From Selaginella moellendorffii (Eukaryota; Plantae; Lycopodiophyta), in NCBI RefSeq assembly GCF_000143415.4, contig NW_003314413.1, positions 124,001-188,000 of the forward strand: a DNA stretch of 64,000 nucleotides, in the 5' to 3' direction. Position numbers and translations under genes: made by a program. Below the pieces are notes generated by a model. That model was not told the DNA's origin, made no database searches, and saw only the letters and a program-made list of their open reading frames with translations. Positions 50,459-61,690 of the stretch are shown piece by piece. Position 1 is the stretch's first letter. Each line of letters opens with the position of its first letter.

Positions 50459-51382
50459 GGATAGAAGCAGCAGTGAGGCTGTGCAAAGCATAAGTTGATG
50501 ATCAAAGATAACGAACTGTCTCTTCTACCACATGATACCCTATTATATGGTATCAACAACCATGACTTCCAATCAAACAAAACTCAGTTGGAAGTAAGAC
50601 ATGTATATATTTGGACTACTTGAGATTTAAATAATTTAACATATTATCGTAAAAGAATGCACTGTAAAAAGGTATTATATTTTATCTAATTTTTTCATTA
50701 ATTAATTTCACAACCAATAAGATTTTATAGTATTTATGGACGAGTAGTGTCCCTTTTTTAACATATCATATGCAGTTGGGACTATAATCAGCTTCTTGAT
50801 CAAGTCCACCACAGCCTTGTCCAAGGCAGCTTAAACTCAATTGAACTCAATCTCGTCTTGTAAGTTCTTGAGCCTATCAGAAACTCTTCTTCCCTACTGG
50901 CTACCAAGAGAGACTTCAACATCAGGAAATATGACTCAGTAGCAGTAGCTTGTGTCAATGGAATAGACGACACTTCGAAACACACCAGGAACTGGGAAGA
51001 CTGGCTAAGTTTCTAAGAAGTAGCATGCAAGAAGAGAAAGAATCACAGTACCTCAATACGGCCGCGAGGGTCATCTCCTTATGTTGCATGTCGATCACTG
51101 ATTCCTACATCCAAGAGAAGTCAGTTACCAGCCATTCTTGTGTCCCATTCGGGCGGCTTACATGTTTTTGGACGCTGCTCAGCGAGCACACCCTCCATTT
51201 AACTTGTAAGAGTTTTTTATTGCAAGCTTTTATCGCATGGATCCGCGCGGACAAAAACGCCGGCTCCATGCGCCTTCATCCGAAATCCTGAACTGCTTCT
51301 GTTTGAAAACGGTAGAAACCTAGCTTTCAGAATAAAATACCTGCGTAGCCAAGACGGAGCTGGAAGCTTGCGCTGTTGGAAC

Positions 51383-52594
51383 TCAGTGAAAAGAGGTCTC
51401 GGCCCTGTGTATGCTGGACAGGAGTCCATACGCACTTGAATCGCCTGAGTCCATCGTCGAAGCATGGCCGTGAGCATGAGTACCAATCCCGACTTCGTTG
51501 TGGCTCCGGCAAGCACCCAGCAGACACCTCCACGACGCAGCATCGGCTTTCGTCGGCATCGACTTCAACAGGTCCTCGGCCGCATCCACCTGACCAATGC
51601 GACCGAGGAGGTCGATGAGGCACGAGAAGTGTTCCAGCGTCGGAGCAATGCAGTGGTCCTCGACCATGGAGTTGAAAAACGTCCAGCCATGTCTCAAGAG
51701 CCCCCCGTGGCTGCAAGCCGATAGAATGTTGGTGAAGGCAATCTGGTCTAGATCGTTGCCTTCCAGTCTCATCTTCCAGAAGTTTTCCAGTGCGCTGCTG
51801 CCTTTGCTTCCTCGAGCGTATGCAGCGACCAAAGAGCTCCAGCTTATCGTGTTCGGCGTCTCTAGCTCGGCAAAGACGTTCTTGGCGAGCTCCAAGCAGC
51901 CACACTTCCCATACATGTGTACAAGCGCGTTCCCCAGGACGACGTCGAGCGGCGCTTCTCCGGCGAGTAGAAAGCTCTGGTGGACGAGCTTCCCGTCCCT
52001 CAGAGCCCCGGCCTTAGCACAAGCGGATAGAACTATCGAGAGCGTGCCCTGGGACGGTTTCATCCCTTCCAGGTCCATGAGCTTCAGCAGCTCAAACGCC
52101 TGCTCCTTCTGATCGTTTTGTGCGCAGGCTGCTATGGTTGCACCCCAGGCGTCGAAAGTTGGCTCGGGAATAGTCCGCAGCATCTTTCTGGAATCCTCTA
52201 CCTGGCCTCGGAGGCCATAAGCCGCGATCATCACTGTCCATGATATGCCGCTCCACCGCGGCATTCTGTCGAACAAGCTCTTGGCAGCCTCGAGACACTT
52301 GCCATGTCGACCAAACGCAGTGATCAGTGCGTTCCACGACACAACAGTCCGCTGCTCCATCCTGTCGAACGTCCGCTTCGCATCGGCCACCCTCCCACTC
52401 CGGCCATACTCCGATAGCTTGACGTTCCAGGACCAGACACTGTCCTCCACCTTCGCTGCTTCAGTCGCAAACCTCCGGACGGTGGCATTTTTTGCCACCT
52501 TCACGAACAAGGCCCGCGGACATAGAGATCGCATATACCTTGCATGAGCAAACCTTGAGCTATAAGGCTCTTGGGCTATATATAAAAAAACCAT
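51383..52594 (-). CDS. Short PLS-class PPR protein with partial E domain (true start may be the second Met, MRSLCPR)
   Basis: Motifs VVSWNALI, LGNALVHMYGKCG, FTNILSACSHGG, HFSCLIDLLGRIG and WRCLLGACRSH. The N-terminus resembles an organellar transit peptide. Confidence 0.9.
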   Translation of the reverse strand: MVFLYIAQEPYSSRFAHARYMRSLCPRALFVKVAKNATVRRFATEAAKVEDSVWSWNVKLSEYGRSGRVADAKRTFDRMEQRTVVSWNALITAFGRHGKCLEAAKSLFDRMPRWSGISWTVMIAAYGLRGQVEDSRKMLRTIPEPTFDAWGATIAACAQNDQKEQAFELLKLMDLEGMKPSQGTLSIVLSACAKAGALRDGKLVHQSFLLAGEAPLDVVLGNALVHMYGKCGCLELAKNVFAELETPNTISWSSLVAAYARGSKGSSALENFWKMRLEGNDLDQIAFTNILSACSHGGLLRHGWTFFNSMVEDHCIAPTLEHFSCLIDLLGRIGQVDAAEDLLKSMPTKADAASWRCLLGACRSHNEVGIGTHAHGHASTMDSGDSSAYGLLSSIHRAETSFH

Positions 52595-52646
52595 ACATAC
52601 CCTTTGTGCCCGTGAGTTGTGTTGTTGTCACAGGGAGCTTGGAGCC

Positions 52647-53855
52647 ATGTCTGAAGACGTTGGAGCTATCCCGGTTGAAATAAAGAAGCTATGCAAGACC
52701 CCCTTCATCGCCGGAGCGGTGGCGCTGGACAAAACCATCCGGATCAGCTACAAGGTAAACAGGGACTGCTTCGTCTTCGAGCACCCGAGCAAGCTCAAGA
52801 ACAACATCAGTGATCTCCACCAGGCCTGCAGCACCAAAAAGGATTACTCCCTCGAAAGGCCAAAAATCATGGCGAGCCTGGGCTTGTCTGGTATCCTGGA
52901 CGAGGTGAAAACGTTCATGGGACCCGACCAGTTTGAGCACGAGCTCGTTCGGCTGTCGGTCTTCACGAATAAACACGAGTCGCCGGTATGGAGGAATAAA
53001 GGCGAGCACTGCGCCACCCTTTTGGTGCTGCTGCCAGGATTCAGAGGTGGCGATCTGGTTGTCAAGAGCAACGATGGCCTGGAACTCTTCCACGAGTGGC
53101 ACAACAATGATCTCAACTGGGTGGCAATCCGGAGAGGGTATGAGTACCAGCTGGAAAAGGTGAGCAAAGGGACATGTGTGATGCTCACGTACCACATATT
53201 CGCTGCTCGAGCTCCAAAGACGATGAAGGTGGTGTCGCCGGTGCTGCCCGAGTTCTTGGCAAAACTCCACACAAGGGTCGAGCGCAAGGAGGTGTTTGGA
53301 TTCCCGTGCGAGAACTTGTACCACAAGGCGCTGCTGGAGACGTGTAGCGCCGAGTGCCTGGCCAAGATGCTGCGCGGCCAGGACGCGGTGCTCTACAGCG
53401 CTGCCAAGGCCGCGAAGTTGATGGTGGAGGTGGTGAAGATCTGGGAGTCCTCCGGGGACGACGAGGGACAGAAGGACATCTACATCGATCGCGCCTTCAA
53501 GGGATTCGAGGTGTCTGGCTACCGCTACAACAGGAAGGACGACATCCACCGGGTCGAAGATATGATCAATGCCGGGAAGTGCCCCAGGGAAGTGGAGAGG
53601 GACGATAACATTGTGTGGGAGCCGGGCAAGCACCAGTGGCTGACGGGCGCGGTCCACCCCTACGACGACGAGGACGAGAAAGGCGGTGCGGTGACTGGGA
53701 TTACGAGCGTACACTGCGCCGCCGCGATCCTAGTGACTGTCTTTGGCGCGACAGTCACCAGGACCAAGACCAAGACGAAGCGAACGCGGCAGGCCGATCA
53801 GGAATCCGAATCCATCGAGAAGAAGGCCAAGAGCGAGGAATCTAGCAAGGAGTAG
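52647..53855 (+). CDS. Intronless 2OG-Fe(II) dioxygenase-fold protein lacking canonical metal ligands, 402 aa
   Basis: ATLLVLLPGFRGGDLVV...WVAI...YEYQLEKVSKGTCVMLTYHI and FGFPCENLY...LRGQDAVLY resemble the prolyl-hydroxylase-like 2OG-Fe(II) pattern (LVVxLP..xxGGxL.V...W.AF..DC.HEV..V..G.R..LTYN; LKG.D). TATA-like TATATATAAA at ~52577. Basic C-terminal tail. Confidence 0.65.
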   Translation: MSEDVGAIPVEIKKLCKTPFIAGAVALDKTIRISYKVNRDCFVFEHPSKLKNNISDLHQACSTKKDYSLERPKIMASLGLSGILDEVKTFMGPDQFEHELVRLSVFTNKHESPVWRNKGEHCATLLVLLPGFRGGDLVVKSNDGLELFHEWHNNDLNWVAIRRGYEYQLEKVSKGTCVMLTYHIFAARAPKTMKVVSPVLPEFLAKLHTRVERKEVFGFPCENLYHKALLETCSAECLAKMLRGQDAVLYSAAKAAKLMVEVVKIWESSGDDEGQKDIYIDRAFKGFEVSGYRYNRKDDIHRVEDMINAGKCPREVERDDNIVWEPGKHQWLTGAVHPYDDEDEKGGAVTGITSVHCAAAILVTVFGATVTRTKTKTKRTRQADQESESIEKKAKSEESSKE

Positions 53856-54199
53856 CAGCGAGAGGAGCCCTAAGCCCAGCCAAGAACCCTAAAGTGGGGA
53901 AAAGGGAGTGGACATTTTTTTTTCTTACGAATCGAACCTTCGTTCTCTAAACAAAAATAGGGTAGCAATTTGCTAGAATAGAAAAGATAAATGAACCCCA
54001 CCTCATCACCTCCAACCTCTGTTCGTGCCTGAGATTCGTCCTCATCGGGCAAGCCAAGGTCTCCCCGAGGTCATCTGGGAAAGCCTCCATGCTTGTCAGT
54101 ATCACGCGCCTCAGCTCAATTCTTGCATTTGTCACCCTGCAGTAATACGCAACACCTCCCTGGTTCACCTGGGGCTGACCTGTTCGTCAACCTCTTGCG

Positions 54200-54700
54200 C
54201 TCCATCCCTACACCCACCCAGCAAAGCTCCTTTATCAAATGGAGAACATACTGTTCTTCGACCTGAAGGCAAAATCCAGCTCCTCGAACCTGTGCTCAAT
54301 AGCTTCGCAATCCCCCTTCTTCACCCATTTGATTCGTGGGTTGTTTGCCAGCCAGCCTTGTACCACTTCACAATATCTCTCTGTCTGCTGCTCCTCCCAG
54401 TAGAACTCGTCTCCCAACATCCTTGCCTTTAACGCATTTCCCATCTATGTCTCTGAACAACCCCTCCAATCCGAGTGCGTTAACCACTAGTTCTAAGTCC
54501 TCATCGTTGAGCGAGACTTTTTCGCATAGAGCGTCAAGATCTACGCGAACACAAGGATAGTGTTAACTTTAAAGTAATGGCAGGAGAGGCTTTCATTTGC
54601 TTTGAAGTAGAGGACCTTGCTGTCTGGGAATTCACCTTCAAAGGCGAGCAGGCTCTTCCGTGGAGCCGACAGAAACGGAGGACAACTGAGCTGCAGGTCG
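54200..54700 (-). pseudogene. Fragment of an unidentified repeated gene family (copy 1)
   Basis: Nucleotide similarity (GCTTTCATTTGCTT, AATTCACCTTCAAAGGC, TTCACCCATTTGAT, TTTGCCA.CCA.CCTTGTACC) to 61290-61680 and 63590-63900. Contains frameshifts and stops. Confidence 0.6.
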
Positions 54701-54899
54701 TGGACGTTGTTAGGAAGAAGCCACAACAACTGCGGACAGTCATCAGCGAGATGGCAATGACGCACTCTCGCATCGGAGATGGCACCAGGATCGCGGCAGC
54801 GCAGTGGACGCTCGTAATCCCCTTGCCTTACTCTCGTTCGTAGGGGTGGGCTACTGCTACGTTGGGCTGGCCGCAGTTATCGTGGCTATCGTTTCTCGG

Positions 54900-55432
54900 G
54901 GGAGAGATCCGGATGCTGTGCGCCGACGAGGATCTCTAAGAATTCTTCCTGATACGGCCGCTTCTCAGCTATTTGGGAAGTTCGACGAGGAAGACTTTGA
55001 AGGTGAATTACCACATTCTGAGAAATGTCGAGAGATGAGGTACGAGGATCTGGAAATTCAGTTCGAGGGCCTGAATTACGCCTTGAGCTCGAAGAACGAT
55101 ATGATTGTAATGTCGAGGATCTTCGGGCTCAGGGCGCTTTCCTGGGTGTGAAACACCAGAGGTTGACGAACAAGTCACTGCGGGAGGCCATAGTAGACTC
55201 CATTGTGTGGGCTGATGCGTCACACTTCCCGTTTGTTCAGTTCGTAACAGGCATGCACAAGGGAGGTGCTGTATTCTACTGCAAAGCAACGAGGGGCATT
55301 GAGATGGGGCAGGTGATGCTAAAAAGCATGGAAGAAGTCAAGAAGTGGCTTTCCCATATGACCCATGGCCTCATCATCCTGAAGACCTTGCCCTCTAAGG
55401 AAGAAGTTAAAGCAATTGAGCCCGGTGGCTGA
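54900..55432 (+). pseudogene. Frameshifted member of the same unidentified family (inverted relative to the other copies)
   Basis: KNDMIVMSRIF / QGAFLGVKHQRLTNKSLREAIVD is homologous to LKNDMVVMSKTF..QGALLGV.MKHKRLMKRSLWQAMVD encoded at 63371-63595 (-). Confidence 0.6.
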
Positions 55433-58070
55433 AAAACGAAGGCGATGTTGCAATAGAGACTTGCTATGCAGTAGAGAATGAAGGTTTGTAAGTGAAGCTC
55501 TTTCAAAACATGATTTGTAAAGGAGAGCTTGCAATTCGAGTTGGGGCTGAGCGTGGCGCTGCCCAGAAGTTCTGCCGGGCATGCTGGAGCGAAGGAACAA
55601 TGGTGGCGCGCTGAAAAATCCTGTGATAGGCCGAGGATATCGTTGACCCAGGCTGACTTACGATCTCTCGACAGGAGTATCAGTCTTAAGTAATGAATTT
55701 ATAATCAAATATTATAATTTTTATAATAATTTAGCATATTACATTTTAATACAACCTTGTACAACAGCTAGATTACTACAAATATAAATTTTATTTCAAT
55801 TTGGATCGCCAGGGTCGCCATGGGCGACCACAACAGTAAGATTTTCAGCTCAAGATTCTTCATTGGAGATCAGTCCTCAACGTTGCTAGGCAGATTATAG
55901 GTAGCGCCATTCTTTGTTTCTACATTCCTTACCTCACAGGCTTGTCTTCTAAGATCCACCAGCTTCTAGCTTACGTTTGCGCAGTCAGATCTAAGTGCTC
56001 CAGCTTGTGCTCTCGTTCGATTTCCTCTTCATGTTGTTCCTTTGAAGGGATTTCAGGAGCTAGAAAACGGAGTACCATAAAACGAAACTTGGAATACATC
56101 CCGCGCCACGTTTGATTAGATGGCTAAAGCTCTGGCGTTCAAAAATTTGCTAATCATATATCTCAAAACTTTGTTCCAATGGTAAGCATATACTTCTTCG
56201 CTGAACATAACGGACTTGACATGGTTCACTTTCCAGGTTGTTGGTGCATCAGTTGTACGTGAAGCTTCTAGTTTTGTGCTTGGTATAGATTAATTCGAGC
56301 TAGTGCCTAAACACAAGGTAATTATGTGAGATAAAATCAGTATGCTGAAATGACATGCTTGACAAAGTATTCTCACTGAGAGACAAAGCCATTCTACCAG
56401 CCTAGTTGGCTTGTGGTTGGGTTCTTCTCCTCTGAATTCTCGAATTCAAATTCAGGCTCTTGCTGTGGTAGTATATACTGAGTTGGAGGATTTGAACTGG
56501 GACCTGTTGTGGAGGTGGGGGGTGAATGGCTTCTTGGGATCTTCATGGTGGAATCTATAAGATCTAAAACAGAAATTTACATACATTTCAGAACATTTTT
56601 TACTGCTTCTTCAACTCCCTCATACTTAACTATTGCCATGGATGCTCGTTAGCCTGTGTCAAAAACAACATTATTAAATTGCTTTTGACATTTCACTCAA
56701 TACCTCCACACAAGCAACAAGGTCTCTTTCAATACCTCCCCACTGGCAACAATGTTGAAAACCTTATATGTACATGCTTTATGTGACGAGGTATGTTGGA
56801 TGTTTCACGCAAGGTAAAGAACAAGGCTTTAGTTGAGGTTCCCTCAGCACTCCACATGACAAGGAGGATGCTCTAGCTATCAAGGTGAATGCTCCTTACT
56901 ATGTAATGGTTACAAGTGAGGAGGTGGAAGTGCCATGCAATAGTCATGAGGTGGAGGTTCTTTATGACTTACTGGTTCCAAGTGAGGAGGTGTAGGCTCC
57001 ATGCAAGCCTCCTTGTGAGCATGAGGATCTATGAAAGCTTAGGAGGGTCCTTCACCACCTCATATTTGTCAACAATCTTATATTCAACCACAAACTCACA
57101 TTTATCCACCACCTTATGCTGTGAATTGTAAAATTGCATTATAGGGTTTGCAGCAGTAAAAAGATCTACTAGTATTCAATGCAAAGCTTATCTATAGTGA
57201 TATAAACTCCATCTGGTGTGATATCTTGCACTTGCAAAGTTGTTTCTTTTGCATTTTTGAGATCGAACACCGCTTCTTCTGCAATCTCCATGGCACTCTT
57301 CTACCACTCCCTCTTCACCTTCCTCCATAGCATCATCCTCTGCTTGTGCTATTGGCTCCATGACTTGCAAGGGGGGTTGCATAAGACAACCCCCTACACG
57401 CCACACACATGCTTGTTATGTCAGGAGAAAAGAAGATGACATGTCTCCAATCTTGACCTTGCACCTCACCAAGTATTGCTGCTAAGATACACCTGAGAAT
57501 TCCCAGCACCCAATTTAATAGAGCATGAAGCCTTTTATTGGAAAGAAAAATAAAACACACAAAAGCATAAATATATGGAGGTATATACAATACATAAACA
57601 TACTAGTATCCCAGCATGCAAACTCTAACATCCTGCTATCCTTAGTTAACATAGCAATGCCTTAATTCCCAACACTCTGCAAAAGAAATGAGAGGAGCTG
57701 GGCTGCGATGGTGGATGCCCTAGGTATCCTGGACACCCAGCATGCCGAGGGATTCACACCACACCTCCACCTGTTCACAAGACGATAGTCAATGAACTGC
57801 TAAGCGAGGGGCTGGGTAGTTTTTGAGCTGAGCTCACGAGTTGAGCTCAAGTCAATGAAACTCAATGAAAGTCAATATAGTCCACCAAATACAAAAGTTG
57901 ATGTTTAAATGATTAGTTCAGGACGAATTAACAATTCTATTCAAAACTTAAGACATATTTTCAGTCTAAGAAAAAGCTAAATAATATAAATTTAATAAGA
58001 AAATAAATATTATAAGTCAAAGAAGAAACTCTATATTACCACTAAAAAATTTGACTAAAAAAAAAAAAAC

Positions 58071-59280
58071 TTAGTCTTCCTTGGCATCCACATCCACAAA
58101 AGGAGGAATTTGTATAGTATTATGCTCTTTAACTGTGTGCTCTTGTTGTATATAAGCTTGTGCCATTGCTTTTGCATAACATAGCAAATTATAGCTCATG
58201 TCATCGATCCACCTAATATACACAACCATGATGGAATTATTATAAGGAGAAATTTATACTTTATTATCACCTGTTATGAAATGTCCCAAAAACACTTTCA
58301 AATGCACTCTCCTTCTCTAGTGCAAAAATTGCATGCCTAGTCTCTTTAGCCGCTAGCACTATCGAACCAAAACCTGCTGTAGCATCAAGCACAATCCCCT
58401 TAGGAGGACAAAACAACTCTAGGAGGATTTGCATAGCCTTTGGTGAATGGTGTCAATAATTAGGGAACTTTATATGATGGTCCTCATTGATGACATTTAG
58501 GATGATATTTGTTGAGCTATCATATCCTGGCAATGCCAAATCTACACATCATCAGCTCGTGTAATACTATGGCAAGAGTAGCAGCAGAGAGCATGGTAGT
58601 TCCATGCTAAAGCCTACAAGGAAAAGAGGCAATCAATTTAAGATATGAAAAATAAGGAAATGCAAACCTTTTGGATTTGGCCACCTGCTCCTTTTGTTTC
58701 AACCGGGATGTTTGAGAGTAGGCAGCCTGATGCAAACTCAACCAATCTAGAGTCATCATTCTCCGCCATCGTTGCAAGAAGACCTCCCCAAAATAAGGAA
58801 CGAGGAAGAATGACTAGCATAATGCCCTTGTATCGCAACACCTTGGATGCCACATCCACTGCTTGAGAAATATGGTCCGGTTGAAGGATGTTCCAGGATG
58901 GAGTGTCATCTTGTAAAGGTGATAACCCATCAAGCAGGTCAAAGAATGCAAGGTTGATGCTGAAAGTATTGTTCATTCCCAATCCTTGCATCCATCAATG
59001 GAACATAGAAGACTCTTGGCTCATGTTGTTGGAAAGCTGAAAGTAGTCCCCAATAACTATTTCACGTTGCCAACACTTCCCATAAGAGAAAGAGGGTGAA
59101 CCTGAATAGTGTTTAAAACCAGGAAATATTAAATTTAATACATGTTTTTTTTCATACCTGTTTATGTGAAGCCGATGAAAATAACTCTTGGAGGTCATCC
59201 TCTGTAGCAATGGGGAGGGATGGAAAGAATGCATTTGTATGTCGATATATAGAGTGTTGGTTGGTTTCTCTGACATCTAC
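58071..59280 (-). pseudogene. Decayed, intron-containing beta-class N6-adenine/N4-cytosine DNA methyltransferase-like gene
   Basis: Motif order is IVIGDYFQL, SINLAFFDLLDGL (motif IV position), ASKVLRYKGIMLVI, then SPKAMQILLELFCPP/GIVLDATAGFGSIVLAAKETRHAIFALEKE (SAM-binding motif I at the C-terminus). GT-AG introns at about 59157-59102, 58667-58614 and 58270-58213. Several stops and frameshifts. 5' boundary uncertain. Confidence 0.72.
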
Positions 59281-59573
59281 AACCAAATTACAAAGTTCTT
59301 GCTCCCGTGTAGTGGTGACCAGAAAACAAGTTTTGGTGGCAGTTAAATTGTTTTCATTTGCTCAAAGCATGGGCATGGTGGTGGTGATTGTCAGATGTTA
59401 TGTAGAAATGCATTGAGTTGGTGGCTAAAGGTGCAAAATAAAAAACATGGCTGTGGTTGCCACATTGGTGCCTACACCAATATGATTGAAATAATCTTTA
59501 GCTTAACAATAGTTATCAAGCTCCACAAAGAAATGAAAGACAAATCCAGACACACTTTGTAGCATATAGTTTT

Positions 59574-60200
59574 TGGTTTGCTTAAGCAAACTTATACGGG
59601 GACTGGGATAGTAGTGGATATACCTAGAATATGCTTGGATATTTTAGGATATTCTACCATCTAATGGTTGTTATTCATTTAGATTAATCTTGTATTTATA
59701 ATTTATAAACATATTTATAATTTATAAACTTTTAAAAACCTTTTCTAGTATATTCTTTTTTGTTCTACCATCTAATGGTTGATATGCAATAAAATTAATC
59801 TTGTATATATAAATTACAAACATGCTTATAATTATAAACTTTATTTGATCAATTGGATTAATAAGTAATAATAACACTAGTATTAAGCAAACCAAGCGTT
59901 GCTACATGCATAGCAATTTATTTAAAATTTAATTAGTTGCAAAATTAGGTAATTAAATTATGTGGTCTTAATTAGGAAAACTTCTGGGAGTGGTTTTCTT
60001 TGGAACAATAGTTAGGGTTTGTATATTAAAGATAAATAGTTTTTAGTTTCTTGAAGCAAATGGGGATGGTAGTGGATATATCTAAAATATGCTTAGATAT
60101 TTTGGGATATTTTGCCATCTAATGGTTGTTTTCATTTTTACTAATCATATATAATCTGTAAACATGTTTAAAATTTTTAAACTTTCCTAAACATTTCCTA
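59574..60200. repeat. AT-rich direct repeats with a short inverted-repeat pair (possible MITE or transposon subterminal repeats)
   Basis: GTAGTGGATATA.CTA.AATATGCTT.GATATTTT.GGATATT...CCATCTAATGGTTG occurs at ~59611 and ~60069, with a partial copy at ~59763. TTGGTTTGCTTAA (~59573) and TTAAGCAAACCAA (59883) are inverted. Confidence 0.6.
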
Positions 60201-61059
60201 GTGTTTTCTAGTTTATTCTATTATTTAATAAGATTAATCTTCTGTTTTATATGATAGTAAATAATAAGAAATATTATTAAGAATTATTAGTCTAGTTTGC
60301 AATTAGAGTATAAATATTTTCCATTATAGTTTGATCCTATAGCATGAATGTTTTTTAGTATAGTTGAGCTATGTTTTGTTAATTAAAAATAGTTTTTTGA
60401 TCTGATATATGAAACATGGGTGGCTTTGTAACTTTGCCACCTCTTAAGTTTGTAGCATGTTTACTCCTTGAAAGAGAAAAAAAAAATGAAAGCCTTTAGA
60501 AGAGAATAAAAGATTGCATACCTCTTATTGCAAACATGAAGGACAAAAATAAGAAAAAAAGGTTGGATTTGGAAAGAGTAAAATTAAAAAAGTTTTACCA
60601 ATCATATTGTTGGGGTGCTCTCATGATCTTGCAATGCATGACTTAGTCTGGCCATAGGGCAGCTATGCATATACAACTAACTATGGCAGCTATAGTGTTG
60701 GCCATGGTAGTAACAACACTTATTAATTTTTAGGGTTTAGGGTTCAAGGAAATAGTTGAAGACATGTTTTAATCTATGTGACTGCAAAGAGAGGAGATCC
60801 ATTGGGATATTCCCCAACATACTTCATCATTCTCTCTCATGTAGGATTCTTCTTGTGCAATTCAAGAAAGACTGTGGCCTCCTAACTCAACTAGTTGGTT
60901 TTTCTAGCCAATGAGCAAGTTGGGTAGCCTTGGATGTGCTCATCCTTTGCTGTAGTTGCTTCCACATTTCTTGGGGGGATGCCCAATTGTGCCATATGGC
61001 AAATTTGGGATATTTTTTGGATATATGGGCAAATGATGCTAGTATCACCTTGCAGCAGA

Positions 61060-61690
61060 ATTCATTATATGGGCTGATGCATCATTCTTCCCATTTGCTC
61101 AGCTCATAATAGGCATGCACAAAGAAGTGTTGAAGTCCACTATGGCCTGCCATAAAGACCTCTTTATCAACCTCTTGCACTTCACTTAGCAAAGCTTTCT
61201 GATCAAACAACTTCCTGAAGGTTCTTGACATTACAATCATGGTGAACTAAAAGCCCTTGAAACTCCTCTGAATACCTTCTCAATCCCTGTTCACCCATTT
61301 GATCCGTGGGTTCTCCTTCCTGTTTGCCAACCAACCTTGTACCTCTTTAGTATGCTTTTGTCTCTGCTACTCCTCATACATTGCACTCTTCTCAAATCTT
61401 TAGCAAGGTTTCCATCTATATCTTTGCTGATGGACTAGTAGACTCCAACCTTATTCATCACTTGTCTGAAGTCTCATAATTGATACCTAATGCACTTTGC
61501 ATTTCCAAGTCAGCATCGAACTTATGCCTTTGTTCAAGCATGTTTGCAAGTGCTAATGTAACACAATGATAATGGTCATGTGATGCTAGGAGAAGCTTTC
61601 ATTTGCTTACTAGCACTGGGTAAGATGACCTTGACATAAAGGACCTTGGTATCTGATAATTCACCTTCAAAGGCAAGCCAAAAGAGGGCA
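61060..61690 (-). pseudogene. Decayed copy of the unidentified repeated gene family
   Basis: ATGGCCTGCCATAAAGACCTCTT.ATCAACCTCTT is shared with 63426-63460 and the copy is colinear with 63380-63900. Confidence 0.6.

Noticed and set aside
52689-53714. Long antisense ORFs over GC-rich genes (also across 1335-3611 and 40724-41579)
   Set aside because: Shadow ORFs expected from high GC3 codon usage on the opposite strand.
55812-55828. GC-rich hairpin GGTCGCC-ATG-GGCGACC as a Helitron 3' end
   Set aside because: No CTRR terminus at the expected distance on either strand.
57600-57790. Weak resemblance to a hAT transposase dimerisation motif (STIAAQLLS) on the minus strand
   Set aside because: Too short and degenerate to support without a profile search.
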